From Styela clava (Eukaryota), in assembly GCF_964204865.1 (NCBI RefSeq), contig NC_135261.1, positions 682,001 through 746,000 on the forward strand: a stretch of DNA of 64,000 nt, in the 5' to 3' direction. Positions 13,551-27,500 of this stretch are shown here, piece by piece. The translations under genes were made by a program, and so were the position numbers. Under the pieces are notes generated by a model. That model made no database searches and had not been told where the DNA came from. It saw only the letters and a program-made list of their open reading frames with translations. Within the stretch, counting starts at the first letter, position 1, and every line of letters begins with the position of its first letter.

Positions 13551-14830
13551 ATGGATTACGCCACTGCAGCCGCGGCGAATGGAGCAACTGATACTACTAC
13601 GACAACGAGAACAACCAGACCCCGGACTCTTTTTTTGAAATCGGAACAAAATTTGGATTTCCCAACACTCATGGACATTTTCAGGAAAGATGATTTAATA
13701 ATGGAATACTGTGAACAAATTAAAGGGCTATTGGTAAGCCCGGAAGGAACCTGGATACTGACATTTGCGGCCTTGGACAACCCAAACGAAAGCTGTCGTG
13801 AGAACTTCTTACGAGCAACGAATGGACAAATTCAAACGGCGAACATATTAATATCGGTGTCATTACCAAATGAACCCCCTACTCGTATTTCAGTGAGAGG
13901 GATACCTGGTGAAACAACCTATGCAATAGCAGCCGCGGCCATAAACCGGCTAGGTTGCGGGAAAGTAAGAAGTGCGACAAGGAATTGGTACCGTGGGACA
14001 GATGTGTACAATGGTTAAACATCATTTCTGATCGATGGATTTAAAAAACAACATCTGCCTGATTTCGTCCCAACTGACGGAGTCAGCTGTGAAACGTTCC
14101 TCCCTCGGGAACTATACGTGCCAACATGTGGTAGATGCCTCCAAACGGGCCGGCATATTTTCACCAATTGCGAAAACCAGGCGGTATGCAGATACTGCAA
14201 GAAGCCAGGGCACTTGCAAAAAGATTGCCAGGAGAGGGCTAAGGAGTTCCCCAAAATACCAAATCTTGGAAACACTTGGTCTATCCCTAGATCAAAAAGG
14301 GTGTGACAGGAAAACGCTGCCAAAACACCTAGGAAAACACACAATTTGGGAAACAAAACACAAGACAACGCAGAAAAGGTAATCAATCATGATAAAGAGC
14401 AATCAACGGAAAAACAAACATCCGAAAAACCGATAACTGAACTAACACAGAACGACACGGTAAACGAATTTTCTTCGTCTGCTTCTGATCTACACAATAC
14501 TAAGGTGTTAAGCGACTGGTCCGAGTGTGAGGACTGCATAAGTCCACTGAAAAGCCCCCAGAAAGACCTGCAACATATAGGACGACCAAAAGATGACGTG
14601 CAGCCTGAAACACCAATAAATGACGCGCAACAGGAGAAACAGAAAAAACCAGTGGATCTAAGATCTACTTCAACAATAGGAAACACGCCGTACCACCCGA
14701 AATCAAAAGGACATGCCTGTGCACAATATTGAATATCCGGACTCATCAAATTCTTCGGTATTTTCAGAAACTCAAAGAGAAATAATTTCGGCCCAGCAGA
14801 TTTGGCATCAAAAGAAAACTCGGATCTATC
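13551..14830 (+). pseudogene. LINE copy 1 ORF1 (gag-like, CX2CX4HX4C x2), frameshifted
   Basis: ORF pieces 13551-14018, 14118-14306 (CGRCLQTGRHIFTNC, CRYCKKPGHLQKDC) and 14346-14732. Homologous to copy 2 ORF1 (DWSEC, STIGNTP). Confidence 0.85.
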
Positions 14831-17242
14831 GGATATAATGTACAAGTAATATACAAGGTCGTAGATTAGACAGGATATACAATTCATCAAACTCAGAAGA
14901 TTCAATTTCCGACATAACCCACGTCACGAATACCATCTCAGATCACCTACTATGCCCCAAAATAACCCTAGAAACAATTAAAAAAAGTTCGATGGGGTAG
15001 AGGGATATGGAAGAATACACCTCCCTATACAAAGATAAAAAATATATAACCATAATTAAGAACACCTACCAGGATGCACTCACCGACATAGAGAAATTTG
15101 ACTATCTACAAGAATGGTGGGACATGGTAAAAAACAGAATCAAGAATCAAACAATAGCCTATTCGAAAACCCTAAAAAGAAACAAAAAGAACAATTCGAT
15201 TCGACTAAGAAAACGTTTGGACAAATTAATCAATGAAGGCAAAAAAGAAAATCTGGTGGAAATCAAACGGCTAAAATCCCAACTGATGATATATCAGGAA
15301 GAACAAAACGAACGGGATATTATAATGGCTAACATGGAAAACCTTAAACAAGGTGAAAAACCGACTAAAACGTTTTACGACAAAATTCGACAAAGAGCAA
15401 AACAAATCACTATCGAAAAACTCAGGGACGATAACGATTGCATGGTAACCGAGGAAGGGGAAATTATGGCCTTAGTAAAAAAGTTTTATGCGGATTTATG
15501 GGGGGAGGAAAATTTGGTACAAGAACAAAACCAAAATTACTACCTATCTTTGATGGATGTACAATTATTACGGAGGAAGAAAATCTCATTCTAGAACAAA
15601 ATGTCACACAGGGGGAAATATATAATTATAGGGCAATAAAAAACATGAAAAATAATAAATCTCCTGGCATGGATGGATTAGGTATAAAATTTTATTTGAC
15701 TTTATGGAACTGCATAAAAAAGGAATTTACTCATATGATCAACAACATATTTAATTTCAGCCATCTTGCCAAATCTGCAATCACAGCAAAGGTTAAGTTA
15801 TTATATGAGAAGAGGGACAAAACGTATCTCAAAAATTGGAAAGCCCATCACTACATCGAACGTAGATTACAAAATTGTATCCAAAATTCTCATTAAAAGA
15901 CTGGAACCGGTGTTAAATAATCTAATTAGTTCGTCCCAAAAGTGCTCTCTCTCCCAGCGAAGCATGGAGGATATACACTATAACATAGATTCTGTCATAC
16001 GATACGCTTAAACAATAAACATCTCAGGGGCAATAGTGCTTATCGACAACCTGAAGGCATTTGATAGGGTCAATCACAACTTCCTGTTCAAATTGCTTCA
16101 ACGGATAGGACTTGGACAAAGATTTTGTAATGTAATAAGAGGTATGTATGACGGAAAAAAAAGCGTCATAGACGTAAATGGGAGACTGACAAAAGAAGTA
16201 GGCATAGAGCAAGGCATTCGACAAGGATGCCCTTTGAGCATGTTGCTCTATGCACTAACTTCGGAACCGATGGCAAGATCGGTACATCGAAACGGCAACA
16301 TAAGAGGGATAAGACTAGGTAAATATGAACACAAAATTGATCAGTATGCCGATGACATCACTTTTACAATCAGAGACCAGTCATCGATACCGGAAATATA
16401 TTGAGAACTAAACAATTTTAAATTGGCAGCTGGTCAGAAAATCAATATTGATAAAACTGAGATACTTTGTATAACGAAAACCGCGCATGATTCCATACAT
16501 AATTCGACATACCGAAATAACATAAAAAACAACACCCGGATACTCGGCATAAATTTTGGAGATAAGGGACAAGAAAAAATTTGGCAAGACATCGAAAACA
16601 GGCTAATAAGGAACTTGAATCACATAAAATTACGGAACCTTACCTGGTTTGGAAAACTAATCGTAATCAATGCATTGGTCATGTCGATTATGGTTTTCAA
16701 TAGCCGAATCAAATTTGTCCCTAATAGAATAATACCCAGGATCCAGAGCGCATGTTATAAATATTTATGGCATCCACAACGAATAGAAGCAGTGGGTAGA
16801 AAGACCCTACAGAACAGTTGGGAAAACGGGGGGATAAACATGTTTGATCTCCAGGCAAAAATTAAAGCATGCCTAGTTGAAAGGATGCGGGACCTCATAA
16901 GCATAAAAACGCCATCACAGTTTTGGGACTTTGAGGCCCTGTACGCACTGGGTTCCAAAATAAATGCGGTTAACAAGCAGCTATACAGCAATTCGATGCC
17001 GCACAGTAATGAACTTCCAAAGAAATGGCAGACAATATTCGACATTTTCAAAAAAGTAAATTACACGCAATCATAATGGGAAACTGCTCGCCACAGGGAT
17101 CTGTACGCGAGATTAAAATAGAAGCACCCAAATCAACAACAACTAGATCTCAATTGGAAAGAATCACATCCACATACAAATGCATATCGGACCAAATTCA
17201 CGAATACAGGAAGGGTTTTCTTACACCGGATCGCAATAAATG

Positions 17243-19949
17243 CAGTGGCTGCGCGTCAATAGGGCCAACCGGGGCAATTTTTTCGGTATAATAAAAAATA
17301 TTCGGAAAATACCTCAATATCGGTTGCACAGACTGTCTACACTAGCCATATTCTCCCGACATGGTTCATTTTTCACTCGCAAAGCCTTCGCCGAACGTCG
17401 ACGGGGCGACGCCGATTTTGCCCCGGTTGCTCATTGTATATCGTATCCTCTCTTTTATCTTCCACTCGCCGCGTTTGTTTTCTGTTTCTTTTACCAAATC
17501 ATCGGTGCCGATCGGGGCTAGCCCCGAAATTATGACGACACAATGCCGACGTTTCTTACAACAACGTGTTGACATATTCACGCATTCCTTCTCGTTCGTT
17601 GGTTGCTTGAAGAGTTGATAGTTTCCTCGCCTTCGTTTTTGTCTCTTGTTTCGCTATTAGAATCAGTTAGAGACCTTTAGTCCATTTGCTTTCGATTTTC
17701 CACATTCCTTTTGAGCTTCTCACTTCTTTCCGGCTTCGCATTTCTTAGCCTTAGACCTCATAATGAATAAGGTTGATGCACTACTTCGCACTCCGTTTTC
17801 GCAGCTGCCGCTGGAACCAAAATTAGAGGTACAACGTCTTGGGCCTTATCAACCAAAAAATTGTTCACTGGAACAATCCCATGACGGAGGAAAGCGTCGG
17901 CGTACATTCTTCGCAGAAACTTGGTATAAAAAACACGAATGGTTGTGTTACAGCGAGGACAAAAATGCACTTTTTTGTTTTTATTGCTTACTTTTTGCTA
18001 CCGCCCGTGACTCACGTTGGTGTAAATTTGGTTTTAGAGATCTTAAACATCTTTCCGAGCGTGCCAGGGATCATCAATCTTCTATGGAGCATCTGGACAA
18101 TGCAGTAAAATACCGAACATTCGGAAATGTTAATATTGCAGCACAGTTGGATGAAGGACGCGCGGTTTCTATTCGTCGGCACAACTAAAACGTCGAGAAA
18201 AACCGCCATGTTCTCGGTCGATTGATAGATGTTTTGAAGTTCATTGGTTGTCACGAGCTGTCCCTCCGTGGGCACGATGAACGGGGCTGGCTCTTCTAAT
18301 AGAGGGGTATTTTTGGATATGGTGGAATACACCGCATCCCTAGATACAGTATTGAGAAATCATCTTGATGCCGCAACTGTTTCGAAAGGTACATCTAAGG
18401 ATATCCAAAATGATTTGCTCGACTCAATGTATAAAATTTATTTACAACATTTGGCTCTGGAAATTGAGAATTGCCAGTTCCTTTCGATTCAGTCTGACCA
18501 GACAACTGACATCACGTGCGTTTCCCAACTGGGTGTGATTTTTCGGTTTGTGAAAGATGGTAAACCTACCGAGAGATTTCACAGCTTTGTACCATTCGTT
18601 GATCGCACGGCTTGCGGGATATCGGCTGTACTGAAAGAAGTGTTACAGCCTTACAACGCGAAGTCAAAATTGATAGCTCAAACTTATGACGGCGCGGCAG
18701 TCATAAGTGGGTCGAAACATGGTGTGCAAGTTTATATAAAAGAAGATTTTCCTCATGCGCATTTTTTACATTGTTATGCACACCAATTTAACCTCGTTAT
18801 TAAAAATATGTGTCTTGATACCCCTCTCGTCCGTATATTTTTTGCAAATGTTTCGGGGTTTTCTTCATTTTTTTCCGTTTCGCCGAAGCGCTCTGACCTC
18901 CTTCGCCAGATATGTAGCCGCCGTCTCCCAGCTTGTGCACCAACACGTTGGAACTTCCAATCACGCGTGGTGCAGGGCGTGTCCGAAATTAGGTCTGAGC
19001 TCATTGAGTGGTTCAATGGCATTCAGAGCTCTCCGGTTTGGGACGAACGCTCTGTGAGGGAGGCGGCAGGTCTAAAACGTCTGCTACAAGATGGTGAAAA
19101 AAATTGCACTTCATTTTTCCATCCATTTGTTGGCTACTGTCTCCAAATTTTACCCCATGATAAACGTGGGTAAATTGGAAAATGAATTGCGATGTATATA
19201 CACCAATCAAACTTTTTTGAACATCACATCAACTTGCGCGCTCTATGGGTTCCTCATAGATAACACTCTAGTAACTACCTTTGCGGCGTCTGCAAAATTT
19301 CTGGACATCATTTTGACAACGCCTATTTCTTCCGCCGACGCAGAGCGAACATTCAGCACGCTGAAGCGTATTAAAACGTATCTCAGAAACACAATGAAGC
19401 AAGATAGATTAAATTCCTTGGCTGTTTTATCCATTCACAGAGACGTTATTTCTGGGATGCATGACTTTAATCAGCGCGTTACTGAGCCTTTTGCTTACAA
19501 AAAACCGCGGCGTGTTGCATATATGTTCAAGCAGTAGAAGTCTAGCAGCATATATATCTATGAGTGAGCGACGCATGTCCTTATCTTTGCATTAACTTTC
19601 CTTTCTTCATAGTAACGTTTTAAACCTTATTTTAGGTTTTGTCTGCTTTCCCGAAGTTTCTGTTAATATGTCATTGTATTTATCTGGGTAAATATTGCTT
19701 TTCCTTTTGAAAGAGGTTTCAAAATAAACTATGTCTATCTTTATTAATCCCTTGACTTGGACCGGTTTTAAAAACACTTTCTTATCGTTAAAAATTGTCG
19801 CTTTTGCCAATTGGTTGTTACCGATGGAATGGTTTTTATACTCATAAAATGATGGGAGAACTTACAGCGCTCATCCTGTCCCCGTAGATGGGGGTGACTT
19901 GGTCCCGCAGTAGCTTGCCCCGGTTGTCAAAATGACCACGCGCCGCCAC
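17243..19949 (+). mobile_element. hAT DNA transposon (Tip100/ZMYM1-like), inserted in LINE ORF2
   Basis: Left end CAGTGGCTGCGCGT..CAACCGGGGC and right end GCCCCGGTTG..ACGCGCCGCCAC. Left TSD AATAAATG (17235-17242); only AAATG remains on the right (19950-19954). Confidence 0.9.
17763..19537 (+). pseudogene. hAT transposase (TTF-type zinc finger, DUF4371-like, catalytic core, hAT dimerisation domain), disrupted
   Basis: Motifs WLCYS..LFCFYCLLF, SIQSDQTTD, QTYDGA, HCYAHQFNL, TRWN, ERTFSTLKRIKTYLRNTMKQDRL. Stop at about 18186, frameshifts, and an internal deletion near 19100. Confidence 0.9.
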
Positions 19950-20539
19950 AAATGGATACAACTTTGGAGATAAATTGCGGAATATGGGGCTTCGCTATAA
20001 AACATCGGGTGCCCTAAAAATAATGAAATGCAAATTCTGCCAAAAAAACACGGATAATACGAAACATATCTTTCTCTCATGCGACAAAGTAGCTAATTAT
20101 ATTTCGGAAATCACTGGAGCATTGAACCAAATTTCCAGTAACAATGTTATAATAACCCGAGAAGAAATAATGTACAATGGATACCAAGGACCCCAGCAAC
20201 TACTTGTAACTAAATGTTTCGTATTATTGAAGAAAATCATAATAAAAGAAAAAATAAAGTTGGATAACCAAGATAAATACATCGACCCCGAGGAAGACAC
20301 AATCTTGGCCACAACAATACAACAACTCACGGAATTCATCACACTTCTGGAACACAAATTTGGCGATATTCACTTCCTGGGTTTAACACAAGATTGGAAA
20401 CGAATTTTAAACGGGTATACATCAAACTGGTAGCTTTTTTGTCTTAACAAAGTAAGACTACTAACAACCCCAACCACCATAAATGGTAGCCCGATACAAA
20501 CGCCAAAACCCTCAAAAAAATTTATTTTTTCTCAAACCC

Positions 20540-23500
20540 CGATATTACCATCTAACATGGCGGAGCTAGCTAGAGGCTCGGATGTAGGTATTGGAGCCGA
20601 AAGAGCCCTCCCAGTCGCGAATTTGTACGGGCCTCTCCACCAGCGTTAAAAGTATAGCAGAAAGCTTTGTATACTTAAGCTAGGAAAAGAATCTATAATT
20701 GGATTTATCACCTACCTGGATATTATGTGTAAAACATATCTTCCACGAGAACTATACGTACCAACGTGCGGACGATGCCTGCAAACGGGGCACACCTTTG
20801 CAGAATGCGAAAATGAAGCCGTTTGTAGGCATTGTAAAAAACCTGGGCACGTTCAAAAGAACTGTACCTTGCGGGCGAAGGAGTTTCCTGCCCTATTTGG
20901 CTCGGGAAATGGATGGGCCTTATCATAACAGAGGAGAGGAGGACAGACACAACAACTAACTGTCCCAAACCTTGATGGAAACCCACCACCAACTAACGGA
21001 CAACAGCTAGTAACTAACCCAGAAAAATCAGGGGAGATGATTGCTCAGAACAAAACGTCAGAGAAAGACACCAACAATCAAAAATCTCATATTACCGCTA
21101 AAGTAATTAAAGAAGCTGTAAACGCATCCACAGTTCCCGAAAATACAAAAATAGAAGGAAACAACGAAAGAATTATTCATGCGGAAAAAACAGACAAATT
21201 AGATGAAGGTAATCAAAACAAAACGAACGCAGACATTTATGAAATCTTATCCACACAACCCTCTGCTGACTCGTCAAAACAATCCAATGATTGGTCAGAA
21301 TGTTCTGAAATTGACAACGTCAGTCCTATAAGAACCTCGCCGCCACGGATGAACAACCAGCAGTTACCACGATTAAAAACAACATCAACGATTGGTAACA
21401 CCCCATTCCACGCACCACCAAAAGGAGGAGCCTATGTCAAAGTTATGGTTCATAACTACGAGTCGCAGGACACAACATCGTCCTCGCTCTTTGCCGCATT
21501 GCCCCATGAGATTCTTTCGGCCCCAGCAAATATGGAAACACCTCTGCTAAACCTGGACCTGGCCCTAGAGTTAGACGAATCGAACCCGGATAATACAGAC
21601 CACAACAAAAGATATAGAGAAGACACAACCTCGTCCGAGTCGTCTCTCGCAAGCAGCAACCCAAAAAAGGGTGGGACAGGTAAAAAGAAAAAAGAAAAGT
21701 GAGTAAAAATTTTGTGTGACATTACCTCTCTGTTGTATTTAACTAGTTCTTCACTCTACCCACCACAACCCGTAGGATAGTCAACAAAAAAACATCCCAA
21801 TATGGCCGACTTGAATATAATTTCCTTGAACGCCAATGGCCTCGAACACCTTCTAGCGGAAATGACGGCCTTCATAGAGCACGAAAACCCGAGTATCGTG
21901 TGCGTCCAAGAGGCTCACCGCCTAAATAAAGACAAAATTACGCATTGGTCAAATCAGCTAGGTTTCAATGCCTTTTTTAACACCTTGGATAAGGACGAAA
22001 AGCACCTCGCATCCTTTTGGCAAGGAACTCTGATAATGATCAAGCTAGAGAACATCTTAACACCGTCCAGTTATACCATACATATTAGGCATCGCTGCGA
22101 CAGTATTGAAGTTCAGATCGATCAGAAAATCATAAAAATATTTAATGTCTACGCCCCGGCACAAAGCGGGACCCGAAAAACCGAATTCTACGAAAGCCTA
22201 GTATATATTTTAGCAAATTACTCTGATACAGGAAACTTAATAATAGCCGGTGACTTTAATATCATTCTGGAACCGATTGACGCACAAAATATCAGTTACA
22301 AATACCAGTCCGAAATACAGTTTCGGACCACCTGCTCTGCACTCAAATTAAGCTTAAACAAACAAAGAAAATCCGCTGGGGTAAAGGAACCTGGCGGAAT
22401 AACATCACACTCTACGGAGATCAGACTTACATCGAAATAATAAAACATTCATACAATTTGGCCCTTCTCGAACTAGAAAATAATGACTCAATACTTGATT
22501 GGTGGGATAGTACAAAACAAAAAATCAAAAAAGTCACCGTCGCCTTCTCTAAAAATGTCGTAAAAAATAAAAAGAACAGGATTACTCAGATACGTGAAAT
22601 GTTGCATAAACTCATTAATGAAGGAAGAATGGAAAATGTGGTAAAAATCGAAAACCTTAAATTCCAACTACTAACGTTGCAGGGTGAGCGGAGAGGGCTG
22701 GACATACTAATGGCAAATATGAAAGAAATGGAGCAAAATGAAAAACCCACATCCTCCTTCTATGCCAGAATTAAGAAACGCGCGAAAAATACCACAATAG
22801 GGAGTTTAAAAACATCAAATAACGACCTAGTTTCCGACCAAGACGCTATTATGTCCTTAGTTGAAGGCTTCTATTGCGATCTGTGGGGCAAGGAACAAAA
22901 AATAAACAGTTACCACCAGCGATACTACTTATCCCTAATGGGCTCGTCCCAATTATCAGAACAGGAAAACTGCATTTTAAAGCAACCCGTTACGAGCGGA
23001 TAAATCTACAGCGCAATGAAATCACTTAGCAACAATAAATCACCTGGTTTCGATGGACTCAGTAAAGAATTTTACATAACCTTTTGGAGCACCATAAAAA
23101 CTCAACTCACCCAAGTCATCAACAATATCTTCTCATTCGGCCTTTTCCCAAAATCTTGCGCATTAGCTAAAGTTAAACTTCTGTATAAAAAGAACGACAA
23201 GACGGATTTGAAAAACTGGCGGCCCATATCAACCCTAAATATGAACTATAAAATCATATCTAAAATCGTAGTAAAAAGATTGGAACCGGTCATATCGAGA
23301 ATAGTAAGTGCGTCGCAGAAGTATTCTTTAGCACAAAGGAGTATACATGACGTCCATTACAACATCGATGTGATTGTAAGATACTGTCAACACAAAAACA
23401 TCCCAGGGACATTGGTCCTGATAGATAACTTAAAGGCATTTGATAACGTCAGTCACACTTTTCTTTTTAATATCCTGAAACAAATTGGACTGGGAAACAA

Positions 23501-24063
23501 AATTCATAGTGTAATAAAAAAGTTGTACCAGAACATAGAATCTCAAATTGACGTCAACGGCGAGCTATCAAACAAAATCACCATAAAGCGTGGCATAAGG
23601 GATGCCCTCTAAGCATGCTGTTATACGCAATAAGCGTAGAACCTCTGGCAAGATCCGTACAGATGAATTCCAACATTCACGGTATAAAACTAGGTGTATG
23701 CGAACACAAGCTGGACCAATACGCCGATGATGTCACCTTTGCTATAAGCGACCAACCATCTATAAATGAAGTATTCAAAGAACTATACCACTTTCAATTG
23801 GCGTCAGGACAAAAGATAAATCAAGAAAAAACAGAAATTCTATGTATAACAAAAACCTCCCATATTTCAATATTCAACTCTCCATTTAGGCAATATATTA
23901 AACAGGATGTTAAACTACTGGGAGTACATTTCGGACGAAAGCCACTAGACAAAATGTGGGATGAAATTGTGACCAATCTGATTCGAGTAAGACTCGGACA
24001 TGAAGTGTCTTTTAGACACCGATCCGAAAACTGGAAAAATTCTGATCCGCAATAAAAAAAAAA
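20540..24063 (+). mobile_element. L1/Tx1-clade LINE copy 2 (related subfamily, multiply deleted), head-to-tail with copy 1
   Basis: 5' segment resembles the copy 1 5'UTR (GCCCTCCC...GTTAAAAGT..AGCAGAAA). CCHC knuckles at 20725-20928 and ORF1 tail at 21037-21702. APE motifs (LNANG, VQE, NVYAP, GDFN, SDH) and RT motifs (KAFD, QYADD). Ends in a stem-loop plus AATAAAAAAAAAA. Confidence 0.9.
21802..23985 (+). pseudogene. LINE copy 2 ORF2 (APE endonuclease + RT), frameshifted and 3'-deleted
   Basis: ORF pieces 21802-22440, 22458-23003, 23016-23612 and 23615-24055 carry the APE and RT motifs. Confidence 0.9.
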
Positions 24064-24300
24064 CGTGCGTGAGATTTTAGTGAGTGGAGTGCCAAAAGGT
24101 CAAGGGAGGGCAGCGGGATGAGGCTGGCGCCGAGGAAAGGAAGACAGGTTATAGTGTCGAGGATAGGAAGGTTGGGACAGTGGGTCGAGGATATGGGGAG
24201 CTGAGAGAAATAGGGTGAGTGGGTCGAGTATAGGAGGAGTGAAGGAGATAGGATGTGGGGTCGAGGATAGGGAACCGGGAGGAAGATAGGGTAGTGGTTC

Positions 24301-24540
24301 TGTAGTGTATTCTGCCTTTAGATCTTTATAAACAAGCACCAAGTTTCCATTACAACACTACTTTATTATAAGAGTCGAGCACTTCAACATTAAGACACCA
24401 TAGCAGTAACAGACTAAACAGCAAGTCAGCACTTAACACGTGCACAGATAGAACAAGAATGACAGCCTCGGATATACAAGGTCAAATCAGTCTGGGTCAA
24501 TAGCGTCACCTAGCGGTATTACATCATATAATATACAACA
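24301..24540 (-). repeat. 3' LTR (240 bp)
   Basis: Direct repeat of 28776-29015. On the minus strand it is preceded by the polypurine tract GAAGGGGGGAAAAAG. Confidence 0.97.
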
Positions 24541-24584
24541 CTTTTTCCCCCCTTCAAAAAAATGAGAATGTCATTACATTTCAT

Positions 24585-27500
24585 TTACATTGTTTCAATC
24601 AACCGCTCAGGCTTAACCCTAAGACGTTTTGGATAACGTGAAATTTCAACAGATGTTTCATCAGGGCACAGGGTTTCACTTTCAGTACTAACATTAGGAT
24701 TAACAGGTAAATTTTCATTAGCACTAGGGATATCAACATTAAGATCAATTACATCAGTATTTGGAAACACAGAAGGCAATGAAACGTCATCATCCAAACT
24801 ACTATCATATGATTTCTCTAATTTCACTTTAGACATGTCCAATATTTGATCAATATGTCTTTTCCAGATCATTGAACCAACTTTTACACGATAGGTTACA
24901 GGACTCAACTTCTTTACGATTATTCCATGAATCCATTTTCGGTTTGGATCTCTATAATCACAAACTTGAACACGATTTCCAACTTCCAGATTTCTAATAG
25001 GCTTTTGCACTGGAGTTGTTCTTTTCGGCATCGAATTACTCAAATTAGGTTTCATTAAATCTAATCTTGTTCTCAGTCTTCTTTTCATGAATAATTCAGC
25101 TGGAGTACATTTCGTTGTAGAATGAGGCGTTGTTCGATAAGTTAACAAGAACGATGCCAACTTCTGATTCAGTGTTCCAGATAATCTTTTTAAAGTTTTC
25201 AGTGCAGTTTTGAAGGTACGCACATTTCTTTCAGCCTCGCCATTAGAGGACGGATGATACGGACTTGAGAAGATTTGCTTAATTCAATTTCGTATCATAA
25301 AATCTCGAAACTCTTTCGATGACAGGTTAGGAGCATTGTCGCTTACCAATATTTCAGGTAGTCCATATTTTGAAAATAAATATCTCAATGCATCAACAGT
25401 CTTTTCAGAAGTAGTTGAAGGCATTCTCAACACTTCAGGCCCTTTAGAATGAGCATCGACCACCACCAGAAAGTTTTCATTCATTATTGGACCAGCATAG
25501 TCAATATGAATTCTTTGCCATGGCTTCGTAGGCCATATCCATGGATTTCCAGGCGTTTTATTCGCAGGACTTCTTACTTCCTGACAATTTGAACAATCTC
25601 TCACTTTATGTTCAATTCTTTCATCAATATTCGGAAACCAAACATGCAATCTGGCTAATGATTTCATCCGAACCATACCAGGATGATTTTCATGCAGTTC
25701 ATCTAGTACTTCTGCAATATACTTTTCAGGAATAATAACTCTTATTCCCCACAGCAATATTCCTTCTTCCACAGTAATTTCATCTTTCCTCCTGTGGAAT
25801 GGCAACAATTCATTTGTAATTTCCTCCTTTGCAGGCCAACCATTTATAGTATACAGCAACACTCGTGAGAGCTTTGGATCATTTTCAGTTGCATGGCGGA
25901 GCTTTGCAGGAGTTATGGGAAGCGTATGAACTTGGTTTATGTTCATAATCGTTGCCTCTTCTTCCCAACAATCACGTATTTCAGACTGATCTGTTTTCAT
26001 GGGCAATCGGGATAATGCATCTGCATTCCCATTATTTTTCGTGTTTCGATAACATATTTCATATTTATATGCAGACAGTTTTATAGCCCACCTTTGCAAT
26101 CTGGTTGCAGTTAAAACAGGTATACCACGTTTTGGACTCAATAGCATAGTTAAAGGTTGGTGATCAGTCAACAATTTGAAATTTCGACCATATAAATACA
26201 CATGAAATTTTCTTACACCATATACAATTGCTAGTGCCTCTTTCTCGATTTGGGAATAATTTTTTTCAGCTTTTGTTAAAGTACGAGAAGCATATGCAAT
26301 AGGTTTTTCAGCACCATTTGGCAGTATATGAGAAATTACAGCACCAATACCTACAGATGAAGCATCAGTGGCAAGTACTAATGGTTTTTCAGGGTCATAG
26401 TGTACTAGCACCTCAGATGACACCAATATATCTTTCAGTTTCACAAAAGCTTTTTTACAGTCACTATTCCAATTCCATTTCATACCCTTTTTCAGTAACT
26501 TATTGAAAGGATCAACAAGGGTAGACATTGCAGGAATAAATTTACGATAATAATTTACAATACCAAGAAAAGATTGCAATTCTTTTACATTTTCAGGGCT
26601 AGGGATTTCCATTATTGCTTCAATCTTTTTCGGAGAAGGGTGAATACCTTCTGCATTAACAACAAAAGCAAAATATTCAACAGATGATTGCAAAAAACAA
26701 CATTTAGAACGTTTCAATTTTACACCAAATAAATTCAATCTATATAGAAGTTTTCCAAGAAATTGCAAATGACTATCATCATCTTTTTCAGTGACAATCA
26801 AATCATCTAAAATACAACCCACATTTGGCAATCCCTGGAGAATTTTCTCCATAGTTTCTTGGAAAATACTAGGACTAGAAGCTGCCCCATATGGTAACCT
26901 TAAATATCTAAATAACCCCATATGAGTATTAATAGTGACATATTTTTGAGATTCATCATCAAGTAAGACTTGTTGATAAGCTTCTGATAAATCAAGCTTT
27001 GAAAATTTCTGCCTCCCATTCAATTTACTAAATAGGTCCTCAGGTCTAGGCAAGGGATATTCAGGGACATCTAATTCAGGGTTTATAGTTACTTTAAAAT
27101 CCCCACAAATTCTTACTGAACCATCAGCTTTCAATACTGGAACAATGGGTGAAGCCCGATCAGAACTTTCAACTTTTTTCAGGACCCCCATATTTACTAG
27201 TCTTTTCAGCTCATCCGAAATTTTATCACGAAGAGCAAAAGGAACAGGACGTGGCTTGTAGAATTTCGGAATGGCACTTTCTTTCACCCTTAGTTTAGCA
27301 GTTATACCTTTTATAGTACCAAGGGAATTATCAAAAACAGGGTACTTTTTCAAAATATTCTCAAGCGTGAGCTTGGAACCAATATGACAAATACGATGCC
27401 AATTCAATTGCAATTGGGATATCCAATTTCTACCCAATAGTAATGGACCATTGCCACGAACAATTTGCAAAGGTAAATTTACACACTGTGACTCATATGC

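Larger units (their letters stand above)
14850..20433 (+). pseudogene. LINE copy 1 ORF2 (APE remnant, reverse transcriptase, C-terminal zinc finger), split by hAT insertion 17243-19949
   Basis: ORF fragments 15007-17291 and 19975-20433. The N-terminal APE part is deleted. Removing the hAT restores the in-frame sequence RIAINGYNFGDKLRNMG. Confidence 0.9.
13307..20530 (+). mobile_element. L1/Tx1-clade non-LTR retrotransposon copy 1 (decayed, interrupted by hAT)
   Basis: ORF1 has two CCHC knuckles. ORF2 has an APE remnant (RLDRIY, SDH), RT motifs (NNKSPGMDG, DNLKAFDRVNH, GIRQGCPLS, QYADD) and a C-terminal CKFC..HIFLSC finger. There are many frameshifts. The 3' boundary is approximate. Confidence 0.92.

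Noticed and set aside
20557-20649. 30-codon ORF MAELARGS... after LINE copy 1 ORF2 (possible ORF3/uORF)
   Set aside because: Not conserved in the homologous copy 1 5'UTR and too short to support.
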